A DNA stretch of 64,000 nucleotides from a virus (IMGVR_UViG_3300046492_000458:1645-65644); one strand, 5' to 3'; shown: positions 35,767 to 44,946, counted from the first letter of the stretch. The notes: generated from the sequence alone by a model not told the origin. Program-made: numbers and translations.

Positions 35767-37359
35767 TCAGGCGATGTCGCCGAACAGGGCAACGCTGTAC
35801 GGCTCGCTGAGACGCTGAACGCACAGCTGCGCGTAGGGCTCGTGCTGCTCGATGCCGATTGCCGTCATGTCCTCGCGGAGGGCCGCGGCCAGCGTGGTCC
35901 CGGAGCCGGCGAACGGATCCAGGACAGTCCCTCCGGGCGGGGTGACGAGCCGTACCAGCCACTGCATCAGCGCGAGCGGCTTGACTGTGGTGTGCGCGGT
36001 GCCGTCGGCGAGGCGGGGGCGCTCGGACGCGCGGGCCTTGGCCTCGTACCGGAAGATCGGAAAGTACCTAGAGGCCCCGCCCTCGTCCTGGTGTTTGACG
36101 TATGGCACGCGGCCCTTGCACTCGCCGTAGGTGTCGGTGAAGCGAGTACCTGGTTCGTTACCTGAAAGGTTCCCGCCTGTCCGACGAATGCCGCTCTGCG
36201 CGTCCATCTCCGCGACAGGGCACCCGGACTGGCAGTGCCCGCCGTCGATGCAGTCGGGACCGTGGCCGAGAAGGACATTGGTCGGCCAACGGCCCGTGTC
36301 GGTCTCGCCTGCGGCCCGGGAGCCTTGCAGCCCGTCCCCGTAGACCTCGTTGCCACTGCGCCGGTTGGAGACCCTACGGGGGCGAGCGCCGGACTCGACG
36401 CGGCAGCCGTCGATGTTGATCGCCCCGGTGCCGTGTTCCAGTACGTTCGCGACGGTCGTGTCGAAACCGGTGGACTTGCGGGCCAGGATGATCGGCTCGT
36501 GCGCCGGGCGAAGCTGGGTGTTCCAGCCGTGCCACTTTCGGGCCGCGTCGGTAGCGGGGGCCGTCAGGTCGTAAGCGCCGGCGCTGACGGGGGCGAGTTG
36601 CACGTCGGACTCGCCACGCACCCGGAAACCCTGGCCGATCACCTCCCGCCGGGCCCACGCCTCACCGATCTCACCCTTGCGGCCATTCAACTCGGCCACG
36701 AGCGGGCGGATCTCGGCATCGTCGAAGCCGAGCAGATCGCGCAGGCGGTCCCACTGCTCAGGTGTCGGCACGATTGCGGCCTTACCTGCGAGCGTCGTCC
36801 AGTGGCTAGCCATGCCGTTGAAGCCGAAGGTGTCGTCGATCTGTCGGTGAGAGAGCCCGGCGGCATTGCGGGCGGCGGCCAGGAAGGCGGTCACCTGCAG
36901 GACTTGCGCCCGATCGTCGCGCCGCTTGTCGATGGCCTTGCCAATGTTCTGCCCCTTCGGCATCCCGGACCCGTAAATCCAGTGCAGGGAGTCACGGATC
37001 TCGAAGCCGGCGAGGCGAATCGCCATACCCATCAGGTCGGCAGTGCGCGGCGCCGCGAACGCCACAAGGTGGCCGCCAGGCTTGAGGACGCGCCAGCATT
37101 CATCCCACGCGGCGGGCGGCGGCACGAACCGGTCCCACGAGCGGCCCATGAAGCCAGCACCCTCGGGGACGTAGGCGCGGTCACCGGACAGCCAGGCGGC
37201 GAGGGCTTCGGCTATGACCCGCGGGTGGTGGTCGGCGAGCCCGTACGGCGGGTCGCAGACCACGGCGTCGACCGAGTTGTCGGCGAGGGTGGGGAGGATG
37301 TCGAGGCTGTCGCCGAGGTGGAGGGTGACGCCGTCGGCGCTGTAGTAGGGGTCGGGCAT
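35767..37359 (-). CDS. Orphan DNA methyltransferase (beta class) with inserted HTH-like domain
   Basis: DPPYGL, HEPIILARK, GRWPTN, HTTVKP, VLDPFAGSGTT. Confidence 0.92.
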   Translation of the reverse strand: MPDPYYSADGVTLHLGDSLDILPTLADNSVDAVVCDPPYGLADHHPRVIAEALAAWLSGDRAYVPEGAGFMGRSWDRFVPPPAAWDECWRVLKPGGHLVAFAAPRTADLMGMAIRLAGFEIRDSLHWIYGSGMPKGQNIGKAIDKRRDDRAQVLQVTAFLAAARNAAGLSHRQIDDTFGFNGMASHWTTLAGKAAIVPTPEQWDRLRDLLGFDDAEIRPLVAELNGRKGEIGEAWARREVIGQGFRVRGESDVQLAPVSAGAYDLTAPATDAARKWHGWNTQLRPAHEPIILARKSTGFDTTVANVLEHGTGAINIDGCRVESGARPRRVSNRRSGNEVYGDGLQGSRAAGETDTGRWPTNVLLGHGPDCIDGGHCQSGCPVAEMDAQSGIRRTGGNLSGNEPGTRFTDTYGECKGRVPYVKHQDEGGASRYFPIFRYEAKARASERPRLADGTAHTTVKPLALMQWLVRLVTPPGGTVLDPFAGSGTTLAAALREDMTAIGIEQHEPYAQLCVQRLSEPYSVALFGDIA

Positions 37360-37474
37360 CCGGGGCTCCCGCAGGTTGGTGGGTGGGCGCACCTTCACGG
37401 TGCCGTGGAATCTGTCGCGCGTTCCCCCCGCTTACGAGGGAGGGCCCACCCGGGGGGTGACGGGTGGGCCCTGG

Positions 37475-37636
37475 CTAGAGGCGGATGGCGAGTAGGGGGC
37501 TTGCCAGTGCGGTGAGGGCGCCGGCGTCTTCGGATTGTCCTCCCATGGTGCGGATGAGGAAGTAGAGGGCGGTGAGGGCGAGGGCTTGCAGGTAGGGGGT
37601 CGGGTTCTGGTCGATGTGGGGGCGGTCGTCGGTCAC
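37475..37636 (-). CDS. Small membrane protein
   Basis: GGAG RBS; hydrophobic stretches. Confidence 0.5.
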   Translation of the reverse strand: MTDDRPHIDQNPTPYLQALALTALYFLIRTMGGQSEDAGALTALASPLLAIRL

Positions 37637-37771
37637 TTCGGGGCTCCAGGAGGGCGTGGTGGGGGCTTGTCGGGGATGCTGTGGCACGCCCGTCCTGGAG
37701 TTTGGGGAGGGTCCGGGGCCGGCCGATCCTGGCCTGCTAGCTGTGTTCAGCCGGTCCCGGGTACGTGTAAG

Positions 37772-37810
37772 ACACTAGCCCATCTTCTATTACGTACGCA
37801 ATACAAGATG
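37772..37810 (-). promoter_or_regulatory. Conserved operator/promoter, copy 4
   Basis: Minus strand CATCTTGTATTGCGTACGTAATAGAAGATG; TTGCGT-N18-TAGTGT. Confidence 0.82.
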
Positions 37811-37824
37811 GGGTGTGGTGCCCA

Positions 37825-38964
37825 TCACGCCCGAACTTCGCGGCGCTCCCGGCTCCGCTGGCACTGGGGGCACATCTCTTCGCCCTCCTTCAAAGGGCGC
37901 CCGCACAACCCGTCGTTGCCCTGGCACTCACCCAGGCGGACCCGCGGAACGATCGTCTCGGGATCCCAGGCCGCTGGAGTCGGCGTCGGCGTGTCCTTTG
38001 GCGCCCAGTCAGCCTTGAACTGCCCGACATGCGGCACAGGACCGGACAGAGCATCCCGCAACCTGCGGGCAACGATCGCGCCCACCGTCGTACGGATCGG
38101 ATCGGGTAGCGGCCGCCCTGCGATGACCTGCCGGACCTGCTCCCGTGTCCAGCCCTGCATCAACATGCCGGCCACAGCCAGCCCTTGATCCTGGAGCGTC
38201 TTTCCCGTCAGGAGGAACTCCGGCTGCTGGGCACCGATCGCCTGAAGCAGATCGACGCCTGGATTCCTTCCGATCTGATGGGGGACCGCTGAACCGTCCG
38301 TCCCTCCGTCCTTCCCGCTGCCAGCATCTGCCGCGGAAGGAAGGACGGGTTCTAGGTCCGGTTCATAAGGACTGGTTCGGGGGTCTTCAAGTCCCCCCGT
38401 TTGGGACTGAGAGTCCCCCCGTGGAGGACTGACAGTCCCCCCGCGGCCCCGCATGGGCCCCACGTCACGAGTGGACTGAGAGTCCCCCCGTTCCTCGGGC
38501 GGCTCGGCGGCGACGGCTTCGACCTCTTCAACCTGCGCCGTGGAGCGCTTCCTGCCCTTGTCGCTGCGGGTCTTCTTGGCTGGCGGAGGTGCGATCGGGG
38601 GACGGTTCTCGGGGGTCAGAGGCGTCTTGCCCCTTTCCCTCCGCTCCTTGTTGATCCGCTCGATGTTCGGGAACCAGTCGTACGGGATCAGCAGGTCCCA
38701 CACGGGCGGCCGGCGGTCGGCACGGATGTACTCAGCCGCCTTCGGATCCCCAGGGCCGATCAACTTGCGTGCAGCGAGACCGGTCAGCGTGCGCTGGACG
38801 GTCTTTGGGTCCACAGTCGTCCGCTTCGCCACCGTTGAGCGGGCAGGGAAGGCGGCACAGCCATCCGAATCGGCCTTCTCGGCCAACATGACCAGGATGG
38901 CGAACTCGTTGACGTTGGCGATCGGCGCGTCGCTCGTAGCCCAGAGGACAGCTTCGAAACTCAT
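37825..38964 (-). CDS. Phage replication initiator (N-terminal wHTH, HTH_36-like)
   Basis: MSFEAVLWA...ILVMLAEKAD.DG..AFPARSTVAKRT....TVQRTL..L; contains internal iterons. Confidence 0.8.
   Translation of the reverse strand: MSFEAVLWATSDAPIANVNEFAILVMLAEKADSDGCAAFPARSTVAKRTTVDPKTVQRTLTGLAARKLIGPGDPKAAEYIRADRRPPVWDLLIPYDWFPNIERINKERRERGKTPLTPENRPPIAPPPAKKTRSDKGRKRSTAQVEEVEAVAAEPPEERGDSQSTRDVGPMRGRGGTVSPPRGDSQSQTGGLEDPRTSPYEPDLEPVLPSAADAGSGKDGGTDGSAVPHQIGRNPGVDLLQAIGAQQPEFLLTGKTLQDQGLAVAGMLMQGWTREQVRQVIAGRPLPDPIRTTVGAIVARRLRDALSGPVPHVGQFKADWAPKDTPTPTPAAWDPETIVPRVRLGECQGNDGLCGRPLKEGEEMCPQCQRSRERREVRA
38382..38490. repeat. Iteron-like direct repeats, candidate phage ori
   Basis: GGACTGA(G/C)AGTCCCCCCG at 38404, 38426 and 38473, plus partial AGTCCCCCCG at 38390. 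Confidence 0.75.
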
Positions 38965-39201
38965 CAGAAGCCTCCAGCCGTGCGAGTGATCACGCTGAGG
39001 GTACTTGCGGGCGATGTGCCAACTGCGGGTAGTCTCGACACCGAGATGCCTACTCTCACGTGGTTGCTCTCACTGACCCAGCGGGCTGCGATCCGCTGGT
39101 CGAACTTGGACGGCCGGTATGAGGCGCTGCGACCTCTAGCCGGCCGTTCGTGTATCCGGGGCGATGAGGCTGCGATCTCAAAGCCCGGGTGACCGGTGTT
39201 G

Positions 39202-39462
39202 CTACTTGCGGCCGCGTCCGCCGCGGCGAGGGCCGTCCTTGAACATCTCGATGAAGACGCCGGTCTCCATCGTTCGCGTCTTCCCGGCCATCACGTACGG
39301 CATCTGGCCTGGCCCGTCGCCGAATCTCCACCAGTCGGGGTTCGCGCGGGCGAGGTATCTGAGTCCGTCGGGGGTGATGCTGTCGACCAGTTTCAGTTCC
39401 ACAAGCAGCGCGGCGCCGGTTGTGAACGTGACGAACGGGGGCAGGTCGTCTTTCATCGGCAT
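39202..39462 (-). CDS. Small DNA-binding protein (HTH-like)
   Basis: VTFTTGAALL...ITPDGLRYLAR...RGGRGRK tail. Confidence 0.6.
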   Translation of the reverse strand: MPMKDDLPPFVTFTTGAALLVELKLVDSITPDGLRYLARANPDWWRFGDGPGQMPYVMAGKTRTMETGVFIEMFKDGPRRGGRGRK

Positions 39463-39659
39463 ACACCGGTGACGGAAACTTCGGTCGAACGCGAGAATGT
39501 CGATAGCATCGACACGTGCAGGTCCTTCCTCCAAGTGGGGCGATCTGTGCTGCCGGGTCGTATTCGCAGTACGCCGGCGCGGGAACGGTCGGCCGGGTTA
39601 ACCCGGTTCGGCCGTTTCTGCTGCTCAGGGCGGGTCAGTCATCTGCTTCCACTCCTCAG

Positions 39660-40388
39660 TTACTCGTCGTCCGCTTGCCATAGGCCGACGGAATAGATGT
39701 CCTCCCAGTACTCCAACGGCCCATCCTCGTCGTGGAACACGTTCACCAGGACGAGAACAGGTACGGGAACGTCCTCAGGTACTCGGACTTCCAGAAGGTC
39801 CAGCTCGTTCTGGGAGGCGAATCGAGCGGTTCGCCGCTCCGGCGACTTGGTGACCGTGCGCCCGGTCCGCTCCGTGTAGATCTCCTGCCAGAACCGGCCC
39901 ATCGGCTCGGTGCTCAGCAGCTCCGGGACAGCGCTCAGCGCCCGGACATGGATGCAGGACAAGGCTGCGATCGTAGGAGTGTTGTCCCGCACGAATACCC
40001 GGGTGCGCAGCACGATCTCGTCGTGCAGATCGATCTCGAGCGCGTCCGCGACTGCCGCGTCTGCTGACCGGAGAGCTGCGGTGTGCTTGATGGACTTCTC
40101 CTTGTAGCCGTACGGGTCACCCGTGCGGCCAATCCTCTTCAGGCGTGCGGCGGCCGTCGTGGCGACGCGGGGGCGTTCGGCCACCACCGTGCCGACGCCG
40201 GGCTTGGCCACGGTCAAGCGTTCTGCCTTCAGGAGTTGGAACGCCCGGTTCGCCGTGGCGATCGCGACATCGAACTCCTCGCAGACCCTGTTCATGGACG
40301 GCATCTTGTCGCCAGGGGTGAGCGTGCCGTCCGCGATGAGCCGTCGGTAGTGGGTGGCGATCTCGGCATATCCAGCCTTGCCGCTCAT
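39660..40388 (-). CDS. GntR/UTRA regulator, Kor (KorSA/TraR)-like
   Basis: YAEIATHYRRLI..G.L.PGDKMPS...TANRAF..L...PGVGTVV; UTRA-type C-terminus. Confidence 0.88.
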   Translation of the reverse strand: MSGKAGYAEIATHYRRLIADGTLTPGDKMPSMNRVCEEFDVAIATANRAFQLLKAERLTVAKPGVGTVVAERPRVATTAAARLKRIGRTGDPYGYKEKSIKHTAALRSADAAVADALEIDLHDEIVLRTRVFVRDNTPTIAALSCIHVRALSAVPELLSTEPMGRFWQEIYTERTGRTVTKSPERRTARFASQNELDLLEVRVPEDVPVPVLVLVNVFHDEDGPLEYWEDIYSVGLWQADDE

Positions 40389-40422
40389 GTGCCCGCCCCT
40401 TTCTTCATCGTCGTCTTGGTGT

Positions 40423-40441
40423 GAGCACTATAGTAGTGCTC
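40423..40441. promoter_or_regulatory. Palindromic operator candidate for the GntR regulator
   Basis: GAGCACTA-TAG-TAGTGCTC about 35 bp upstream of the start. Confidence 0.6.
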
Positions 40442-40508
40442 TACTAGCCCTGACGGGTAACGCACCGAGGAGTCCCAGGGGGGATGGCATGGCGATTCCG
40501 AACGTGGA

Positions 40509-40733
40509 TCATCCACTCGCATCCCCGTCCTGCTGCTTCTCCTCCAAGTCCGTACGCCGGCCCGGCTGGAGGACCCGCGTGTCGAAGTACTCGTCGACCG
40601 CATCGGTCGGGTACTTCAGGCGCGTCGTACCCGGCTCGATCACGGGCGTCGGGAACTTCGGGTCGGAGCGGGCGATGCGGTGGACGCGCTGGCGGCTCAG
40701 CCCGCGATGCTCCGCAATCTCCGGAATGGTCAT
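40509..40733 (-). CDS. AlpA-like HTH regulator
   Basis: MTIPEIAEHRGLSRQRVHRIARSDPKFPTPV; AAGGAGG RBS. Confidence 0.8.
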   Translation of the reverse strand: MTIPEIAEHRGLSRQRVHRIARSDPKFPTPVIEPGTTRLKYPTDAVDEYFDTRVLQPGRRTDLEEKQQDGDASG

Positions 40734-40793
40734 CAACTGCGGGACCTCCTTGTCTCTCTCGTCGCTCAATGAATCTCCCTCAGTATGGACGAA

Positions 40794-40827
40794 CCCTGTT
40801 GACAATGTCCACCAGGTGGAGGACTCT
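40794..40827 (+). promoter_or_regulatory. Probable promoter of the transfer/spread operon with dyad symmetry
   Basis: TTGACA at 40799-40804; TCCACCAGGTGGA palindrome in the spacer; -10 uncertain. Confidence 0.5.
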
Positions 40828-40956
40828 AGTACCAGCAAAACAACACGACCCCGGGCCAGCTCATCGCCAGACCGGGGCCGTGCGTCCCGGACGGTGTTCC
40901 CGCACCGAAAGGGACTTGGAACCGTCCTACCTGCGCTATCAGGAGGCCAGATCCGC

Positions 40957-41178
40957 ATGCAGGATCTCACGGCAAGCATTCCCATGGCACCGCACCCCGG
41001 TGACTTCGTCCACCAGGCGGCGCCGACCATCCTCGAGACGTTCCCCGCTGGTTCCCCGTACGGCAGCTGGCCGGCTGATGCGTTCGCCGCCGCCCGCCGC
41101 AACGAGGGCATCAACGCCGAGGTCGTCATGAACCTCGCCACCGACTCCTTCCTCGTCGTCGTGAAGGCCGGTGCGTGA
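40957..41178 (+). CDS. Small hypothetical protein
   Basis: AGGAGG RBS. Confidence 0.7.
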   Translation: MQDLTASIPMAPHPGDFVHQAAPTILETFPAGSPYGSWPADAFAAARRNEGINAEVVMNLATDSFLVVVKAGA

Positions 41179-41585
41179 TGGCTGACCGTGACTACACGAA
41201 CGAAGAGATGCGGCTGCTGGAGATGTACCACCAGCTCATCGCCCTCAGCGACGACAAGGACGTGGCGGGCAGGTTCATCCTCCTCGGCACCAACGGGGCG
41301 ATCGTCGCGCACGGTTCCCTCGCCGCCCGCGACATCGAGGCCGCCACTCTCGCGCTCGCCGCGCTCAACGAGGCGAAGGCCGCCACGGAGGAGTCCACCG
41401 GACACGCCGTGTACGCCTCCCTCCCGAAGGTGCCGATCGACCAGGACCTCGAGAACGAGCTTGAGGAGTACTGCATCAGCCTCGACACCGACCACCTGTT
41501 CGGCTTGGCCGCGCAGGACCAGGCCGCCGCGGTCGCCGAGTTCGACCAGATCACCAGCGATGTCGAAGGCGACGGGACCCTGTGA
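41178..41585 (+). CDS. Hypothetical protein
   Basis: Coupled ORF, GC3 bias. Confidence 0.72.
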   Translation: MADRDYTNEEMRLLEMYHQLIALSDDKDVAGRFILLGTNGAIVAHGSLAARDIEAATLALAALNEAKAATEESTGHAVYASLPKVPIDQDLENELEEYCISLDTDHLFGLAAQDQAAAVAEFDQITSDVEGDGTL

Positions 41586-42001
41586 TGGCCGCGCACCCGG
41601 GCACGCACGTGCACCCCGCGGACAACGCGGTCCCGCCCCTGAACGACGACCTCGCCGGCCTCCTCGACGACCTGGTCGGTTTCCACCGCGGGCTGGACCT
41701 CATCGCCGACGGCGTACGGCTCCTGGCGCTGGACCGGCTGACGATCCCCCAGACGCAGACCGTCGTCACCATGCTCGCCGGTTCCACCGACCCGGCCGGC
41801 ACGCAGATCGACGTGGCCGCCCTTATCGCCGCCCTCGTCGCCCGGCTCCTCAACGCCGACGAGAACCCGGCCCTCCGCACCCTCCCCGCCGACACCCAGG
41901 ACCAGGCCCGCACCGCGGGCGCCGACTTTGCCGACCACGACGCCTACATCACCCCCCGCTCTGACATCGCCAAGACCGTCTACGACCTCAACCCGATCTG
42001 A
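41585..42001 (+). CDS. Hypothetical protein
   Basis: Coupled ORF, GC3 bias. Confidence 0.72.
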   Translation: MAAHPGTHVHPADNAVPPLNDDLAGLLDDLVGFHRGLDLIADGVRLLALDRLTIPQTQTVVTMLAGSTDPAGTQIDVAALIAALVARLLNADENPALRTLPADTQDQARTAGADFADHDAYITPRSDIAKTVYDLNPI

Positions 42002-42094
42002 CCGCGCCCGGTGCCGGGTCAGCCACCACGGTGGCCCGGTGCCGAGTACGGCCAGCACCATCCCGTCCCGCACCACCGGAAGGAGCACCACCCC

Positions 42095-42220
42095 ATGAAG
42101 AAGCAGCTCATCCGCCTGTGGCACCTGGTCGCGAACTCCGGCCAGTGCAACGTCTGCTCCGGCTGGTTCGACAACTGGCCCGGCGGCACCTGCGCCGCCT
42201 GCATCAACAACGGCTACTGA
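42095..42220 (+). CDS. Small Zn-finger peptide
   Basis: GGAAGGAG RBS; CNVC...CAAC. Confidence 0.65.
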   Translation: MKKQLIRLWHLVANSGQCNVCSGWFDNWPGGTCAACINNGY

Positions 42221-42263
42221 CCCACCCCGACCACCCGCCTGCACCACCCGGAAGGAGCCCGCC

Positions 42264-42419
42264 ATGGCCGCCACCACCGACCAGACGACCACCACCACCG
42301 ACGAGCCGCTGAACGGCCCCAAGTTCCGTGCCACCCACGGTGCAGAGGAGTGGAGCCCCGCCGAGATCGACGCCCAGCAGATCCTCGCCGAACTCGCCGC
42401 CTACGCCCCCGCCGCCTGA
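42264..42419 (+). CDS. Small hypothetical protein
   Basis: GGAAGGAG RBS, ATG 42264. Confidence 0.6.
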   Translation: MAATTDQTTTTTDEPLNGPKFRATHGAEEWSPAEIDAQQILAELAAYAPAA

Positions 42420-42443
42420 CCACCGGAAGGACACCCGTACCCC

Positions 42444-42653
42444 ATGGCCAACGACCACGTCCGCAACGCGACCCTCGCCCTCATCCCCCGCGACGGCTTC
42501 AACCGGCCCAGCGCCGGCCAGCTCCACGAGGCCGAAGTCCACGCCGCTCTCGCCAAGGCCGTCGAGCTGGGCCGGATCGCCGACGCGCTCGAGTCCCTCG
42601 CCGCCACCACCGCACTCGCGGACCTCGAGCCCGCCATCCACCACAGCCACTGA
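42444..42653 (+). CDS. Small hypothetical protein
   Basis: GGAAGGA RBS. Confidence 0.68.
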   Translation: MANDHVRNATLALIPRDGFNRPSAGQLHEAEVHAALAKAVELGRIADALESLAATTALADLEPAIHHSH

Positions 42654-42696
42654 CCCCAGCCCATCCGCCCGAACCCACCGGAAGGACATCGATCCC

Positions 42697-43005
42697 GTGC
42701 TCGCCACCCTCTTCGCCCGCCGCCCCCAGCAGGACACCCCGACCCCCGAGACCCCCGCCACGGACACCGGCGCCGCAGAGACCAACCAGAACCAGCAGCC
42801 GGACCGTCCCGAGAACCTGCAGATCAGGTTCCAGACGGTCGGCGGATCCTACGTCGACGTCACCGGAACCGAGTACCTCCAGGACAACCGGTGGCAGTGC
42901 CACGGCTGCAAAGCCACCTCGGAATTCCCCCAGCATGACTGGCTCAGCTTCATGCGCAGCAAGGCGAACAAGCACGCCAACGAGTGCCGCGCCATCCACC
43001 TCTGA
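42697..43005 (+). CDS. Small Zn-binding protein
   Basis: RFQTVGG..VDV...WQCHGC...ANKHANECRA. Confidence 0.7.
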   Translation: MLATLFARRPQQDTPTPETPATDTGAAETNQNQQPDRPENLQIRFQTVGGSYVDVTGTEYLQDNRWQCHGCKATSEFPQHDWLSFMRSKANKHANECRAIHL

Positions 43006-43036
43006 CGATCCCACTCCAGGAAGGACACCGATCCCG

Positions 43037-44680
43037 ATGACCGCCACCCCGGCCCCCGGCACCGAGCCGACCCGCCCCGCCGTGGACGGCACCCTCGCGC
43101 CCACCGCGCCGGGGCAGCCCCCCATCACGCAGCCCCTCACCCGCACCCAGAAGACCCTCACCGGCGTCGTCGTCGGCGCCGTCCTCATCATCGCCACCCT
43201 CGGCTTCATCGGCTCCTACAGCGCCGTCACCCACCTCGCCATCCGCAAGGGCTTCGGCGAGTTCGCCCACGCCTTCCCCATCGCCGTCGACGCCGGCATC
43301 ATCGCCTTCCTCGCCCTCGACCTCCTCCTCACCTGGCGCCGCATCGGCTTCCCCCTCCTCCGCTACACCGCATGGGGCCTCACCGCCGCCACCATCGCCT
43401 TCAACGCCGTCGCCGCCTGGCCCGACCCCGTCGGCGTCTCCATGCACGGCGTCATCCCCGTCCTCTTCGTCATCGCCGTCGAAGCCGCCCGGCACGCCAT
43501 CGGCCGCATCGCCGACATCACCGCCGACAAGCACCTCGAAGGCCCCAACGCCTCCCGCTGGCTCCTCAACCCGGCCGGCACGTTCATCCTGTGGCGCCGC
43601 CAACGCCTGTGGAAGATCCGCCTGTGGGACACCGTCCTCGAGCTCGAGCGGGAGCGCCGCATTTATATCGGGCAGCTCCGCGGCACCTACGGCCGCGGAT
43701 GGCGCCGCAAGGCCACCGCCGACCAGCTGCTCATCCTCCAGCTGTCCAAGGACGGCATGAGCGTCACCGAGGCCCTCGCGCTCCCCGCCAAGGAGGCGGA
43801 GAAGCAGCGCGCCGAGGAGGACCGCATCAAGCGGAACCGGGAGCGCGCCGAAGCCGACCGCCGCCGCCAGGCCGAGAACGAGCGCCGCGAGCAGAAGGAA
43901 GCCGACGAAGAGCAGGCCCGCCGCATCGAGGAGGAGCGCCTCGAACTCGAGCGCAAAGCCATCCAGGTCCAGCAGGAGAAGGACGAGGCCAACCGGCAGA
44001 AGCTGCTCGCCGACGCCCAGACCCGCGCCGACCTCGCCGAGATCCAGCGGCAGCAGCAGGAGAACGAGGCCGAAGCCGACCGCCGCCGCCAGGCCGCCCA
44101 GGACGAAGACGACCGACGCCGGCGCAACGAGCAACTCGAGCACACCCGCCTCATCACGGCCGAGCAGGAGAAGGCTGCCCGAGCCGCTCAGGTTCGCCGC
44201 GAGAACGAAGAGCGCGCCCGGAAGGAAGCCGAGAAGAAGCTGGACGCCAGCACCCGCGCCGTCGAGATGCTCCGCCGCGCGGACAGTGCCAGTGCCAAGC
44301 AGGCGGCTGCCAGCCGCACTACCAGCCCTGCCAGTGCCAGCGCCGCACCTGCCACCCCGGCTGCCAACACCACGACTGCCAGTGCCAGCCCGGCACCTGC
44401 CAACGCCCCCCACCCTGCCAGTGCCAACAGCCCGGCTACCAACGCCAGTCCTGCCAGTGCCAGCGCTGCTACCACCTCTGCCAGCACTACCAACCCGATT
44501 GCCACCGACCACGTCGTCGCCACCTACCAGCTGCTGCAGGAGAAGGACGGCAAGGCCCCGTCCGACGCCAGGCTCGGCGAAGCCCTCGGCGTCTCCCGCT
44601 CCCGTGCCCAGCAGCTCCGCACCCAGGCCATCAACGACGGCCACCCCGAGCTGGCAAAGCCCCTCCGGATCGCCTCATGA
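43037..44680 (+). CDS. DUF2637 Spd-like membrane protein with coiled coil and C-terminal HTH
   Basis: GFIGSYSAV, FPIAVDAGI, four TM helices, long E/R/Q coiled coil, SDARLGEALGVSRSRAQQL. Confidence 0.85.
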   Translation: MTATPAPGTEPTRPAVDGTLAPTAPGQPPITQPLTRTQKTLTGVVVGAVLIIATLGFIGSYSAVTHLAIRKGFGEFAHAFPIAVDAGIIAFLALDLLLTWRRIGFPLLRYTAWGLTAATIAFNAVAAWPDPVGVSMHGVIPVLFVIAVEAARHAIGRIADITADKHLEGPNASRWLLNPAGTFILWRRQRLWKIRLWDTVLELERERRIYIGQLRGTYGRGWRRKATADQLLILQLSKDGMSVTEALALPAKEAEKQRAEEDRIKRNRERAEADRRRQAENERREQKEADEEQARRIEEERLELERKAIQVQQEKDEANRQKLLADAQTRADLAEIQRQQQENEAEADRRRQAAQDEDDRRRRNEQLEHTRLITAEQEKAARAAQVRRENEERARKEAEKKLDASTRAVEMLRRADSASAKQAAASRTTSPASASAAPATPAANTTTASASPAPANAPHPASANSPATNASPASASAATTSASTTNPIATDHVVATYQLLQEKDGKAPSDARLGEALGVSRSRAQQLRTQAINDGHPELAKPLRIAS

Positions 44681-44946
44681 CTAGCACTGGCAACTGGCAG
44701 CCCACTGCCAATCGACCCGACCGACACCTGCCAGCACTGGCAGAGGAAGACGCGATGGCAACCACCGACTGGCACACCCCTAGCACCCAGGAGCCCCGGC
44801 TGGCAGACCCGGCCGGGGTGCCAACCCGCGTCCGCCCCACCCCTGCTGGCAGCCGGCCACTGGCAACTCCGGTCCTGCCAGTGGCACCCGACTGGCCGTC
44901 CCGCTGGCACCTCCTCGTCCCCCGCGGCGTACGCAACCTGGCAGAA
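44285..44946. repeat. Dense cluster of TGCCA(G/A)/(C)TGGCA motifs
   Basis: More than 20 copies counted by eye, e.g. CTGCCAGTGCCA four times in 44328-44462; mostly inverted copies after 44650. Confidence 0.75.

Noticed and set aside
37421-37472. GTTCCCCCCGCTTACGAGGG and adjacent hairpin as another solitary repeat
   Set aside because: The stem is broken; the neighbouring GGGCCCACCCG inverted repeat is an ordinary intergenic hairpin.
40582-40595. Partial match (AGTACTTCGA, minus strand) to the 14-nt mini-array spacer inside the AlpA-like gene
   Set aside because: Mismatches fall at spacer positions 2-4, in the seed; a 10-nt match is plausible by chance in 64 kb.
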